From Azolla caroliniana (taxonomy: Eukaryota; Plantae; Polypodiophyta), in NCBI GenBank assembly GCA_043228905.1, contig JBHGNT010000020.1, positions 620,001 through 684,000 of the forward strand: 64,000 nucleotides of DNA. The letters run 5' to 3'. Shown here one piece after another: positions 12,971 through 24,900 of the stretch. The notes below the pieces were generated by a model that saw only the letters and a program-made list of their open reading frames with translations, had not been told where the DNA came from and ran no database searches. How positions within the stretch are numbered: the first letter of the stretch is position 1; each line of letters opens with the position of its first letter. The translations under genes and the position numbers were made by a program.

Positions 12971-14485
12971 ATGCTCAAGATGGTCTTCATAATTGAGATG
13001 TGCTTTTAACCTATATTTATACAATAGTTTTATAATGATTTTGAGAATGTTTGCCTAAAATGGCTATTCATCAAATGGCAATAAATGCACTAAGCCTCAC
13101 TTCATGTAAGGACATCTTTCGAAAAATAATTTGACATTGTTAACCTGATACATGTGACTCTGTCACAAAAGCTTCAAATAAGATGTCTTGCAATTTCAAA
13201 TTTATGATTTTCTGACTTCAAATATCATCTTAAGTCTTCAAGCATTACGGTACTCACATTTGCAAGACTAAAGCAGAACACGATACAAGGTTTTAAGTTT
13301 TGAATACACTGCTTGCTTTGTGAGTTGTTCGTGCAAAGTGACAAGTTGTCTTCCCATTGGCAATATAGAAATGTTGATGGAAGAATAGCAAGCTTAAATG
13401 AAATAACTTACAAATTGGTCACACATAATGTGTGGCAAATAAAGCATACAATGAAGTATGATTCTCATACTCTAGCCAACAATGCAATGATCCAAGCACA
13501 GCCATCAAAATATTTCAAGAGATCACTTTTAATTTCAGCTAGTTTTTAATAACATATCCACCAATATTACTCTGTGAACTCTTGGAGTGTGACACATAGG
13601 GCGTAACATAAAGACAATGCAAGTTATTCAATGCAACCCATACAAACACAACACATAAAACCATCTTTCAAGTAACCTTTTTTTTTCTTTTTTACTTCAA
13701 CAAACTATAACCCTACACATGCTCTTGCATTATATTACTTTCATGATCAGATGCAATATCTTATGTAAAGCTTGCATTTCTTCAAAAGCATGCAAACAAC
13801 TCCTCTTTCAGATGGTAGCAGACCAAATTGGTGAATTGCTTGTTAAACAACATTGTCGTATATGTATATATATTACCACATCCAAAGCTTACCAAATTAC
13901 TGCTCAGACTTTCATTTGGTGTACGGATAGAGATAAGCAAATAGTTTGAAGCTAAAGAGAGCATATCATTTACTTTCATTTGGTGTACATCAAATGGTAC
14001 ATTCATAAACCCAGAAGAATAACAGTTTTTATAAGAAATGCACTTAAGACACTAATATCAATCTCAGGTGTACTCTTGACACCATGGAGAAAGGAAGCAC
14101 ATATAATACTATTATCAATCTTAGTTGTCCTCTGAACCACATGGAGAAAAGGAAGAGCATATATGCCACTAGGACCAGATAGAGAAGTTTGAAAATGCAT
14201 TGAAAAGGTCTTAATCAGCATTGACGCCACAAAGTTAGTTGTCAGAGACATGACCAAGTTCACCTATTTGTTTAACATTTTAACTTTACCTCTGCCAACA
14301 AATGTATCTACATTGCATCAGAAAAACTCTGGAAATAGATTGTAAAAATTACTTTGTGAGATATGCTCAAAGTTAATCATTTGCCATTCAGCTTAAAACT
14401 CTTATCTAACAATCAAATCGATACTTCACCGACCATTTTCAATTTTGAACAGATTTTTGAGTTGAGAACCATATTAATGAACTAA

Positions 14486-14569
14486 CTAGCTTGTAACAAG
14501 GCGAGCTTTCTTAGCAGAACCTTTTTGTACATCGCCCTTGCGGCGTCCTCTCTTTTTTGGGCGCCCCAC
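14486..14569 (-). CDS. Predicted terminal exon of the ARID gene: VGRPKKRGRRKGDVQKGSAKKARLVTS*
   Basis: Acceptor TTAG|GTG at 14570/14569 after a 104-bp AT-rich intron. In frame with the upstream exon. TAG stop at 14488-14486. AT-hook/NLS-like. Confidence 0.75.
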   Translation of the reverse strand: MGRPKKRGRRKGDVQKGSAKKARLVTS

Positions 14570-14673
14570 CTAATCCAATATAACAAACAAACTAATCAAT
14601 CCACTAATATGATTAATCTGCCAAAGAAAAATGCATGAAATTAAAATTTGGCTTCTTCTTGGGAATTATTTAC

Positions 14674-16044
14674 CGGATTTCTTAACGGTTTTTCACCAAT
14701 GAGGTCCATCCCGAGTACGGCACGAACTTTCCTGGCGATCTTTTCATACCTTTTGGCTGAAGCTTCATTCCATTTTGATGTTCGTGGACCTTGACCTTTC
14801 CTCAGGTCTCCAGGGTTCAAAGCCAACCTTTTCAACCATTCCAACATCTCCACCAAACTGTCTGATGTTTCTACATCACTTTGCCCCATAATAACACTCT
14901 TTTCAACAACTTCCTCAGAACTCGTTGCTCTTTTTGTCTCTGACGATTCTATACTAATACCTTTAGAACTCAGATCTACAGCACGTGGGCTCTCTCCATT
15001 CCCATTACTCTCCGATCTTATCCCTTGATATTCAACAATTCTTTGATTCTCTAACACCTTGAGGTACTTCACATAAACTAGCTTTAGCAATGGACCACAC
15101 TCTTGACCAAAACCAAGGGATTTTGATATGGTTGACCATATTGCAGTTCTATCATAGCCTCCACAAGCTGTCACTTGCATAGATAGTTTGAGGAGATCTA
15201 TCTCTTTTCCTCGCAGAAGAACAGGTAATGGTCTTGATTCTTTAAGGTGTCGAGCTTCGAGGATCGTCATTACAGTCATCAGAAGATCCTCCTCTTGCAT
15301 GCTACGCTTGTCATCGTCGATGTTAACAGTTGTGTCAAACAATGTTTCATCATCTTTCCGAATGGCTACATCTACAAACTTTCCCTCTTTAGTCTTACTC
15401 TCATTTTCATTCACATCATCTAATCGACGAATATTATTCGGAACAATCGGATTTACCAACTGCCCATCATCAACCTCAACTGCATTAACATGTAGTGGTT
15501 GGACATTCTTCGGAATTATTCGATCTACCGATTTCCAATCATCATTCTCACTTTCATTAGTGTTGCCTGGTTGTTCAATATTGTTCCTATCATCACCCCT
15601 GCTTTCATTAGCATCTCCTAGTTGTTCAATATTGTTGTTAGCAATTAGATCTATAGATTTCTGATCATCACCCTCACTTTCATTAGCACTTGTTAGTTGT
15701 TCAATATTGTTCGAAATCATTATATTCATTGATTGCCCATCACCATCCTTTCTTTCATTAGCATCTTCTAGTTGTTGAACATCATTCTGGACACCATGCT
15801 CTAGTATTTCTTGTTTTGATTCTCGTTGAACAATGCTTCCAGGTATAATGTCTTTCATAGCATCCATATCACAAACACCATCTGAAACAATCAAACCATC
15901 AGTACCACTACATTGTTGTGGTACATCTTCCCTAATTCTTTCGTCTAATACCATGCCAATTGTGTCATTCTGCTGCTTCGCACCACCATCCTGAATCAAA
16001 CCTGCATTTGCTTCATGATCTACTATTGCTGTCATTTCTTCCAT
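14674..16044 (-). CDS. ARID/BRIGHT domain protein (plant ARID1/2-like), main coding exon
   Basis: Intact 457 codons. ARID: RPLPVLLRGKEIDLLKLSMQVTACGGYD...WSTISKSLGF...LKLVYVKYLKVLE. Post-ARID motif SLVEMLEWLKRLALNP. Phase-0 donor CCG|GTAAAT at 14674/14673. Upstream acceptor CAG|G at 16077/16076. Confidence 0.85.
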
Positions 16045-18043
16045 TGCTTCATTCGTCCGATGATATGATACCTCTCCTGTTCCAATATTTCTTTATGTTA
16101 TACCCCACAATGTTCTTTTCTCAAAAGAAGAATCTTTGTAGCCTTTTTCACACCATCAATCAGATTTATCAGAAATGATTTCACTCTACATCAATTCAAC
16201 AGAGAAAAACAAACAAATGCTTCAGGTGATTGTTATTTGTAAACTCTGTATCAAATCATTTGAGTGCGATGTTTCGGATGTGCGAAATTTTGATATGTGT
16301 AATGTTTCGGATGTGCGAAGAAGTCTAAAGATAGAAGAAAGGAATGTCTTGAATTCCAAAACTTCGACTCGGAAGATGGAATTGAGAAAACAAACATGTC
16401 CAAGAGATACAAGTTTCCATCTTGCAAAATATGGAGACAGAAGTTGATCAAAAACCTTCTAAACCAAGATGGAGATAGATTCCATTTCTGAGCATATACT
16501 ATGGTTGAAAAACCAAGTTTCAACATCTTACTCCACCCTTTTTCACATCAAAACTCGGAATTACCTAGGCATCAATATCTACAGTTGTCTCTTTTCCCCA
16601 TCTATACAAGTAGATAAGGAAAATGAGACCAATTTTCAGTATTCACAATGACTACAAGTATCTAGAATGGATATATCAATGTATTGTGTAGAATCTAGAC
16701 ACACACTCCAACTGTTTCGGCAAAGCATCGACTACCCATTCTTGGAAATGAGTTAGAGAAAGACAAAGGAATAATGGTAGATGTCAAGTGGACACGGAGA
16801 GAAAAGTTGGATCAATCCGAAAGTCTATATCTTCTTACATATATATCCCAAGATGGGTTTCAACCCGAGTATACAAAGACACGTGTATTCATAGGTGTTT
16901 TGCACAATGATCGGCCACATAATGGCTTCATTCACAGCTGTTTTGCACAATAATAGGCCACACAAGCTCATCCACAAAGAAAAATCACAACTTTCTTTAG
17001 CCCCATCACTCCTACTAATGCTACAAGTCGATCAAGGGATACACAAATGGGCTCCCGACCAGGATATACCAAAGGGGTTACAATAGATCGGGCAATAGCA
17101 ATTTGTCATGCACGTAGGCCCTGGCCCCATGGACGACAACCTCAGCACCTTTGTCATCGACAGATAAAGGCTATTATCTCCCGCCATTGCAGGTGCTTCC
17201 CTTGCTTCGGAGACCTCTCCATTCTGGATTGACCTATGCTATCTTTCGAAGACAAAAGTTACAATATATCTAGCTTGCGAATTTCACATGTGCCAAAAAC
17301 CAGATTCCCTCGTCTCTTTTTATCTTATTTACTTTTCATTTACTGAGTAATTTTTATTTTTATTTTTATTTGTTGTTCTCAAAGACGAGACAACACTTAA
17401 GATGTAATCTCTTGCTTGCTCTTAAACGCCATTTTGGCCTCTTAAAAGACGTTAATATATCTTTCTTTCTTTCTAGGAATAAAGTTGTTACTTACATATT
17501 AATTAGAGAAGTTTTTGTAGAGTGAAGGAAAGGCATTACTTTGAAGGATCGAGTATTATCCTACCATGTAGATCAAACATACAATTTAGCGCAATCACAG
17601 AAGATCAACTTTCCTTCACGGTTTCTACCGAAAAGAACATCGCTCGGTGTGAGCTAAATGTGCTATATTGGGTTCATTAACCTCGACTACAACCATCAGC
17701 AAACAGCAGACAGAACTGGAATCAGGTATTTTTACTGTTTCTCTGCATCATATGATTTGTGATAATAGATGAATGTTGATTCAGGGAAGGTTTATCTTTA
17801 CCACCCAGACGAGATTCTTTTCCATCAGGAACTTTTGAGAAAAAAAATCACAAACTCATAATACACTTTGCAAGAAAATCGAAGATCAAACTTCCTTTAG
17901 AAGAATGGGTAAATACCCCATTTTTGTTGTAAATGAATTGTCTCATGGGCCAATTTTGGACTTAGAAGACGTTAATATGTCTTTCTTTCTTTCTTTCTTT
18001 CTTTCTTTAGATGCATGAAATAATAGGAAGTTATGGATGAAAA

Positions 18044-18337
18044 TACCACAAAATCATAGAAACTCAGAATATAGATACATACATACAAAAACAAAACACA
18101 TTACCACAAAATCATAGAAACTCGGGATATAGATACATACATACAAAAACAAAACACATTACCACAAAATCATAGAAACTCGGGATATAGATACATACAT
18201 ACAAAAACAAAACACATTACCACAAAATCATAGAAACTCGGGATATAGATACATACATACAAAAACAAACACATTACCACAAAATCATAGAAACTCAGAA
18301 TATAGATACATACATACATACAAAAACAGAACACATC
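18044..18337. repeat. 58-bp tandem repeat x5, in the putative first intron of the ARID gene
   Basis: taccacaaaatcatagaaactcgggatatagatacatacatacaaaaacaaaacacat repeated. Confidence 0.93.
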
Positions 18338-18510
18338 AACAAATTTCGTCGTGAGTCTCCACTCCCTATTTTCCTTTTTTTGGATTCGCTTTCTTATTGA
18401 TCCCTCGATTGAAAAAACACCTCTCTCTCTCTTCTCTCTCTTCTCTCTCTTCTCTCTCTCTCTCACATACACATAGGCCGAGTATGGCCTCTACTAGACT
18501 TTAAAATATC

Positions 18511-18551
<41 letters not shown>

Positions 18552-18588
18552 TCATGAAAGCTATACACGAGAAGCAGAGAAAGGCTTA

Positions 18589-18809
18589 CCGGGGCGAAGA
18601 AGAGAAGCAGAGAGACTGTTGTATTTTTTGGAGTTACCCTAGTCCATGGAACCCACAGGAAAAAAGAAAGAAAAATCCACAGAGGAGGATCTTCTGTGGA
18701 ATCTGGTAATTATTATGTATATAGCAATTGCTGTTGCAATTCCTGAGCTTCTTGGGTTTTTTTCTAACTCCTCCAAACTCTGTTTCTTTCATTCATGAGA
18801 ATATGTATG

Positions 18810-18852
<43 letters not shown>
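18589..18852 (-). promoter_or_regulatory. Putative 5' UTR exon and CT-rich leader of the ARID gene
   Basis: Minus-strand donor CCG|GTAAGC near 18589. (GA)n tract at 18822-18852 reads as a CT-rich Y patch on the minus strand. Confidence 0.4.
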
Positions 18853-18854
<2 letters not shown>

Positions 18855-18989
18855 AATGATATAGATGCTAAGTTAACACCGCTGAGGCCCACCCTTGTAA
18901 ATGATAAAATTTCTCTAATCTACATTTTTAACCCTTCCCTCTCAGACCCACCCTACCCTACTATCTATGCTTCTCATCTCCTTGTCTCA

Positions 18990-19535
18990 TGTTGTGCTGT
19001 GTTGGGTTGTGTTGTGTTGTGTTGTATTGTGCTCTATTCTGTTGTGTTGTGTTGTATTGTGCTCTACTGCATTGTTGCATTGCGTTGCGTGTTGGGTTGC
19101 GTTGTGTGCGTTGCGTTGTGTGCGTTGCGTGTTGCGTTGTGTGTGTTGTGTTGCGTGTTGCGTTGTGTTGCGTTGTGTCGCATTGTGTCGCATTGTGTCG
19201 CGTTGTGTTGCGTCAAGTCGTGTCGTGTCGCGTGTCATGTCGCGTGTCGTGTCGTGTGTCGTGTGTCGTGTGTCGTGTGTCGTGTGTCGTGTCGTGTTGT
19301 TGTGTTGTGTTGTGTTGTGTCGTGTCGTGTTGTGTCGGGTGGTGTCATGTTGGGTGGTGTCGTGTTGTGTCGGGTGGTGTGGTGTTGTGTGGTGTTGTGT
19401 GGTGTTGTGTGGTGTTGTGTGGTGTGCTCTATTGCGTTGTTTGGTGTCGCATCACAGTGTGTTGCGTTGTGTTGTGTTGGGGTGTCCTGTGTTGGGCTCT
19501 ATTGCATTGTTTTTGTGGTGTGGTGTGGTGTCGAT
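18990..19535. repeat. Compound pentamer microsatellite (TGTGT/TGCGT/TGTCG/TGTGG)n
   Basis: Directly visible; the unit changes in blocks along the array. Confidence 0.95.
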
Positions 19536-19609
19536 CATGGCTGTGACTTCAAAAAATGCATAGGATGGACGTGTAAGGGCAGAACTAGTCCCCCGTTACA
19601 TCGAGTGTA

Positions 19610-19900
19610 AAGCTACTAAGAAGAACATGCATGATGACAAACAAGTTCAAAAAGCATCAATGGTGTTTATATATAGCCGAAACTGGAGTTTTTAATCTGA
19701 TTTGTATGCAGATAACAAACGGAAGTTGTGGTACAAATCAGATTTATTTAAGCTCAATCGGATGAGGGAAATGGAAACGGAAACGGGAAAGAACAACGGA
19801 TTCTGAGCGAGATCGTAGGTAGGTAGGTATGCATACTTGTACTTGTACTTACTTGTGAGGCTCGACGGAGAGGAGCTTCTGCGAAAAGAGAGAACAACAA
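19610..19900. repeat. Diverged, internally deleted duplicate of 23433-23560 plus 24130-24285
   Basis: Shared blocks agctac..agaagaacatgca...gcagataacaaa..gtggtac and gatttatttaagctcaa...ggagaggagcttctgcgaaaagagagaaca. Confidence 0.85.
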
Positions 19901-20344
19901 AGCATTCTTCGTAGAGAATTTAGGTGTTGATCCTATGATGCATGCACTAAGCGCTCTAAGTGCAAGAATGTGATACAATCTCAACTTTTATCATAAGTAC
20001 ATCTAGTCTTAAAAAAATGGAACTATGACCATTATCTTGCATATCCATTACAAACATTTTGCAATTTAAGTGAAGTAACATGTCTCTAGATGGATGCACC
20101 ATTGTTTCATAAGATCTACATACTACCTCCTTTTGTGTGCTTGCTCATAAAAATGCTACCTCATGCGTTGCCATTTGGGGAATGATGGAAGGAAAGACTT
20201 ATTAAACTTCTGAATTAAATGTTACAACTTAAACGTGCCCTTAATTAGTATACTTCCAATTTGATCTCACCTACAACAAATAAGAACTAGCCATGGTCCA
20301 TACCCTTTGCACAAGATGTCCTTGATCGAAATCAAAGATTCACT

Positions 20345-21104
20345 TGTTATTGACAACATATATCATCCATTATTAGGGTAGTTTAAAGGAAAATCCTCTT
20401 GGTTGTCTTCCCCAACAATTTAAAGGGCCGTGCCTTTTACTTCCTTTTATTAGATAAAAAATGTAGCATTTATGGATTAATCAGAAAAGAGCAACATAAG
20501 AATTTGGTCAAACCACCTAATGTGGTTGCCGTAAAGAATCATCAGTTGTAGAGTGCTTTCTAATATTTCCATTTGGGTAGTTATTAAGAGGATTAGGAGA
20601 AGGGTTTGTGTAAGACAACAATGGTGATTATAGTTAAGCACCATTGTTTATTAAATACGTTTTACTCTTTGTTGAATCTTCTCACCTTTCTACTCTCAAG
20701 TAATTCATTCAATAGGTCTTCATTGTTAGTTACTAATAAATTAAAGGTAGACAGTACGTGAAATACTTGACATCGATGAAATACTACCATCACAACATAC
20801 AACGGTGAAAAATGTCATTTTTGCTTGGATAAAAAGGTTTAGCCCTCTACCTTTGTATATGAGCCAGCATACAAGTGTAGCTATGTTGTGCATTAGTAGA
20901 AAATAGGAGGTAAGCCTTCCAAGCATAACAAGGCTTGCTCTTTTTCTCTATCATGTATATTGTATATACACCCTCTATTGCAAGTTAGTCTTGCATAACA
21001 TACCTTCAAGCTTTCTGTCTAATTTGCTTAACTTTAAGTAAGTCCATCTATAGGTTTCCATGCATACATATTCGACCACAAAAGCCAACAAGTGGTATCA
21101 GAGC
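20345..21104 (+). mobile_element. Decayed LTR ending ...ccaaca (21090) plus tRNA-Met(i) PBS TGGTATCAGAGC (21093-21104); internal region missing
   Basis: Canonical PBS two bases after a CA terminus. Left boundary is approximate. Confidence 0.55.
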
Positions 21105-21229
21105 ATTCAATCAAGTTTTGCAACAGAGAAACAGACCCGAAAATTCGACAAGAGCTGACTTGAAAACCCTTGCCAAAATCATAGAATTGTCAAAGTCCAC
21201 AACTAAATCAACAATCTTCAGACCCTCTC

Positions 21230-23400
21230 TGAGTATTGCTCAAGAAGACCGAATTCAAATCGAATTGACAAAATCCAACTGATCCATTGGTAAGTAAGAC
21301 CAAACTCCACATTTACCCACGTTTCACAACCATCCAAGAGGGCTGACCACACTTTGGAGTACATACATATCAATCAATGTTTTGCGATGAGATTGTCATT
21401 CTCTTAGTGATTTTGTGTGATTTTAGCATAGATTTCTTTCCCAATTTCAACAGCTCCCTCATGCGGCACAAGCTTAGAGTACATGAATGCATGCGAGTCC
21501 ATTCGACAAATCATCTTCAAGATGCATTTTTTCAACCCTCGAATGTATTGTTTTGTCTTCGTAGGCTTCTTGTTGGTTTCTCCCAACGTTTCCACATGCT
21601 TTCAAGACAGTGAGAAAGACTAGAGATCTTATCCATCTTCATATGCTCCAAGTCTTCAATGTTTCCATGTGCACAATGTCCAGAAATTAATATATTCCAT
21701 GAGACTGTCTGTATCTCGAGTTCAAAGCTTGTCAAATGCTAGTTTTGCGTTGACTTATCCACAGTTGGCATACATCTCCATTAAATCATTTCCAAACACC
21801 ACATCTTTTTCTAATAAGAGATCAGCAATCGTTTGAGCGGGTAATGTGTTTCTTTTCCCTACAACCCATAAGTTGCCACATGCTGTTAAGATGCCAGTGC
21901 ATCTGGTAAGTATAGCTTCCAATCTGAATCCAGTAGAAATAGTTTTTAAACTTTCCTCGTTTTTCCCACGTGGGTGTATCTCAAAATAAGTGCATTCCAA
22001 GACAAAATACAACCTGAACCAGTAATGTCTCAAACACTATTTGTGCTTCTGCAAGCAAACCGCAATGTACATACATATCAACCAAGATGCTATTTCTCGA
22101 CAAGCATTTGAATAGATGCTTCGCCATTGTATCTCTTTAAAACACGTTGATGCTTCCTCATATCACATTCTTGCTGTGCATAGTCTATTCTAAGTGAAGT
22201 TCAACTCATTTAATCCTTAACTACATATTACAACAACACAAATTTAGCACAAATATTGACCAGCCTGGCTACCTAGATGTCTCTTTCACACACACATACA
22301 TATATAGTTTCTTGTAATCTCTCCATATATCCATATCCTTGTATCTATACATCCAGTACAAGCACATGTTTTCACGATGCATACAAAGCTCACAGAGTCA
22401 AGGCCAATCCCACGAACCTGCATTCTCTTTGAAACAACCAAATACCTTCTCACCACAACCATGTTCAAAATAGCCTGAAATGAATGCGTTCCACAAGGAA
22501 ATATCATGAATCAAAACCTTGTCCCACAGTTAGCGCGGCTTTTCTACCATTCCAAAACTTGCACATAAGTAAGTACCAATAAATGAGTTTTCTCGAGCAG
22601 TTTCAACATGGAAATCTTGGCCTTTGCCTACAGATCCCATGCTTCCGCATGGTTTCAAGTAAGCAACCGTATGCGATAACACTTGAAGAAGTGTTACTCT
22701 ACAACCTAATCCTGATTCACCAGAACATGCAATCATTTCCCCTGAGGCGGTAGGATCTCATTGCCATTGCCAGAGAGATGAAAACACATCCACAACTGTA
22801 GCTTTGTCAGCCAAAATACCTTCAATTTGGATTAGGGAACGTATATGACCGACTGACTACCTTCAACATCGATTCATTCATCCCACAAGGGTACCTACCT
22901 TCAAGCTACAAATATATGAGACAAGGGTAGGAAAAATGGACTCAAATGTGCAATTGTCCAAAAGAGCAAAGAGCTTCTTGAGCTCCGTCAATCACTCATT
23001 AAAGAATTCCATGAAACAACATCTTATAAGTAATGCCATCTTTCAGATATGAATCCAACAATCACATCATTTTGAGGTAACCTCTTCTTTCCCATCTCTC
23101 TGCAATAAATAATGTATGTAGTGCTTGCTTGAAATATCCATCTCCCACATAGCCAACAAGTACTGCCTTCCACGCAGCAATCTCAACTCAAAAAAGAGGA
23201 AGCTTTGTCAAAAACTCTCATGACATCAAGAAGCAAGCCACGTTTAAGGTGATGTGAACTATCGATATTCAACATACAAAATCAAATCATCACAGGCGAG
23301 AGCCTCTTCTTGCATAAATTTGAAGACATAAAAACGATCGTGTTATGCAGTTATATCATCATGGCTGCGGCTTCAAGAAATGCATCATCGGACATAAGGT
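21230..23400 (-). pseudogene. PLS-class (E-type) pentatricopeptide repeat pseudogene
   Basis: Fragments in several frames: KPCGSMGSVGKGQDFHVE, SVSFVCIVKTCACTG, LLEKDVVFGNDLMEMYANCG, VSWNILISGHCAHG, and E-motif-like WSALLDGCETWVNVEFG near 21300-21350. Many stops and frameshifts. Confidence 0.85.
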
Positions 23401-24528
23401 CCATGGAAGTGGTCCCCCGTTACATGGTGTGTAGAGCTACAGAGAAGAACATGCACAATGATGAACGGCATAAAGAAGCATCGGTGGTGTTTATACAGAG
23501 GGAAAACGGGATTTTTAAAGCTGATTTGTAGGCAGATAACAAAAGGATGTCGTGGTACCCTATTCATACCACCATACCACAACTTATTCCTCCTGTGTCG
23601 ATAGGTTACCTCAGTAAGTAGACCGTTGCTCGCTCGATGTTGACTACGATATATATGTACCTGTTTGGTATGCGTGCATACAAATTTGCAAGAAGAAAGA
23701 GGATGAGACTGAGATGGAGATGGAGATGGAGACAGACAGGGGGGAAAGGTCGGTGGGTCAGTCTTGTATGGAAGGATCTTCCTTCCAAATACGTAGTCCA
23801 TCCAAATTTCTACAAATGTTTATGCTGGATCCAGAAGAACGAGGCACTATAATACATGTACATATACATACATACATACATATGTATGTATATATGTATA
23901 TGAAACGTATGTATTTTTATCGACATCGGATCAATCCATATATAGATAGATAGACTGACTGATCCGATGTCGATTCACATGGCACAGCACATCCATCATC
24001 AATGTTAGGATAGGGCCGGCCAGGAATGCATCTGAAACTCCTACGAAGTTCTGTTGTTTTGCTGTATGGAATGCATTCATTTTCCAGGGGTTAATGCTCG
24101 CTCATTTCCATCCCATCCAGAAGAGAGGAGGATTTATTTAAGCTCAACGGTCGGGATGAAAGAAACGGGAAACGAACAGCAGATTTTGAGGCGAGATCGT
24201 AGGTAGGTAGATACATACGTACGTACTTGTACTTGTACTTGCGAGGCTCGGCGGAGAGGAGCTTCTGCGAAAAGAGAGAACAGCAGTGGAAGTGACAGAG
24301 AAGGAAAGCCACGGCTAGGAGCGAGCAAGAACGACGGCAAAGGCAACGGCGGAGAGGAGAGGAGAGGAGAGGAGAGGAGAAGGATCTGAGGAAGAAGAAG
24401 AAACGACGCCTCCTGCGAATCTGAGGCACGCACGGTGCTGTGCTGTGCAGTACAGTGAGGTGCCCGTGCCCGTGCCGTGCTGTGGCAGTGTGGTTAGATG
24501 ATGAGGAGGAGGACGACGACGCCCGTCC

Positions 24529-24599
24529 GTCCCACATACAGACGCCCATCCGTCCGTCGGTCCCACATACAGACGCCCGTGGGGCCTACCCCTATAAAA
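24529..24599 (+). promoter_or_regulatory. snRNA-type (USE+TATA) promoter candidate with a duplicated USE
   Basis: GTCCCACATAC at 24529-24539 and 24560-24570 (plant USE consensus RTCCCACATCG). TATAAAA at 24593-24599, 22 bp after the proximal USE. Several GCCCR motifs. Confidence 0.55.
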
Positions 24600-24617
24600 G
24601 GAGCGGCCTACTTTTCC

Positions 24618-24900
24618 GTGAAGCTCGACAGAACTCATGGCCGATAATAAGAAATCCATATTATCGGTAGTGAGAAGGGTGGCTTCCGACCTAATGGAAG
24701 ACCTCTCCATCTGTCTCTTCATCCCCGTCTTCCTCCTTTGCCTCCTACACATGGAGGCGGAACGAAGATGGGGAAGAAGAAAGGAGCCCTCCCCTTGACT
24801 CGGGGAGGTGCCTCCCTCCCCCCCCCCCCCCCAAAAAAAAAAAACCTTGTCCGCCTCGAGCGGAGCGGTTGCCAACCGCTCCCCTTGAGGTGGACGGCGC
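24618..24900 (+). ncRNA. Candidate structured non-coding RNA of unrecognised class
   Basis: Starts about 20-25 nt after the TATA box. Stems visible by eye: 24641-49/24659-67, 24620-24/24682-86, 24723-32/24764-73, 24740-45/24753-58, 24788-94/24802-08, 24849-70/24874-95. Confidence 0.45.

Noticed and set aside
14641-14673. ORF-track C-terminus VNNSQEEAKF* of the ARID protein
   Set aside because: It begins with a phase-0 GT donor and an in-frame downstream exon exists, so it is likely intron read-through.
17055-17080. T-DNA border-like CAGGATATA
   Set aside because: Only the short core matches; the rest of the 25-bp border and any T-DNA genes are absent.
18795-19610. Cys/Val-rich ORFs of 185-271 aa
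   Set aside because: They are translations of a stop-free pentamer microsatellite in all frames.
24618-24900. Telomerase RNA, MRP, U-snRNA or miRNA identity for the ncRNA candidate
   Set aside because: No CTAAACCCT-type template, no Sm site, only a partial TTCCGACC..GGAAG resemblance to MRP without the matching 3' strand, and the first hairpin is too mismatched for a miRNA duplex.
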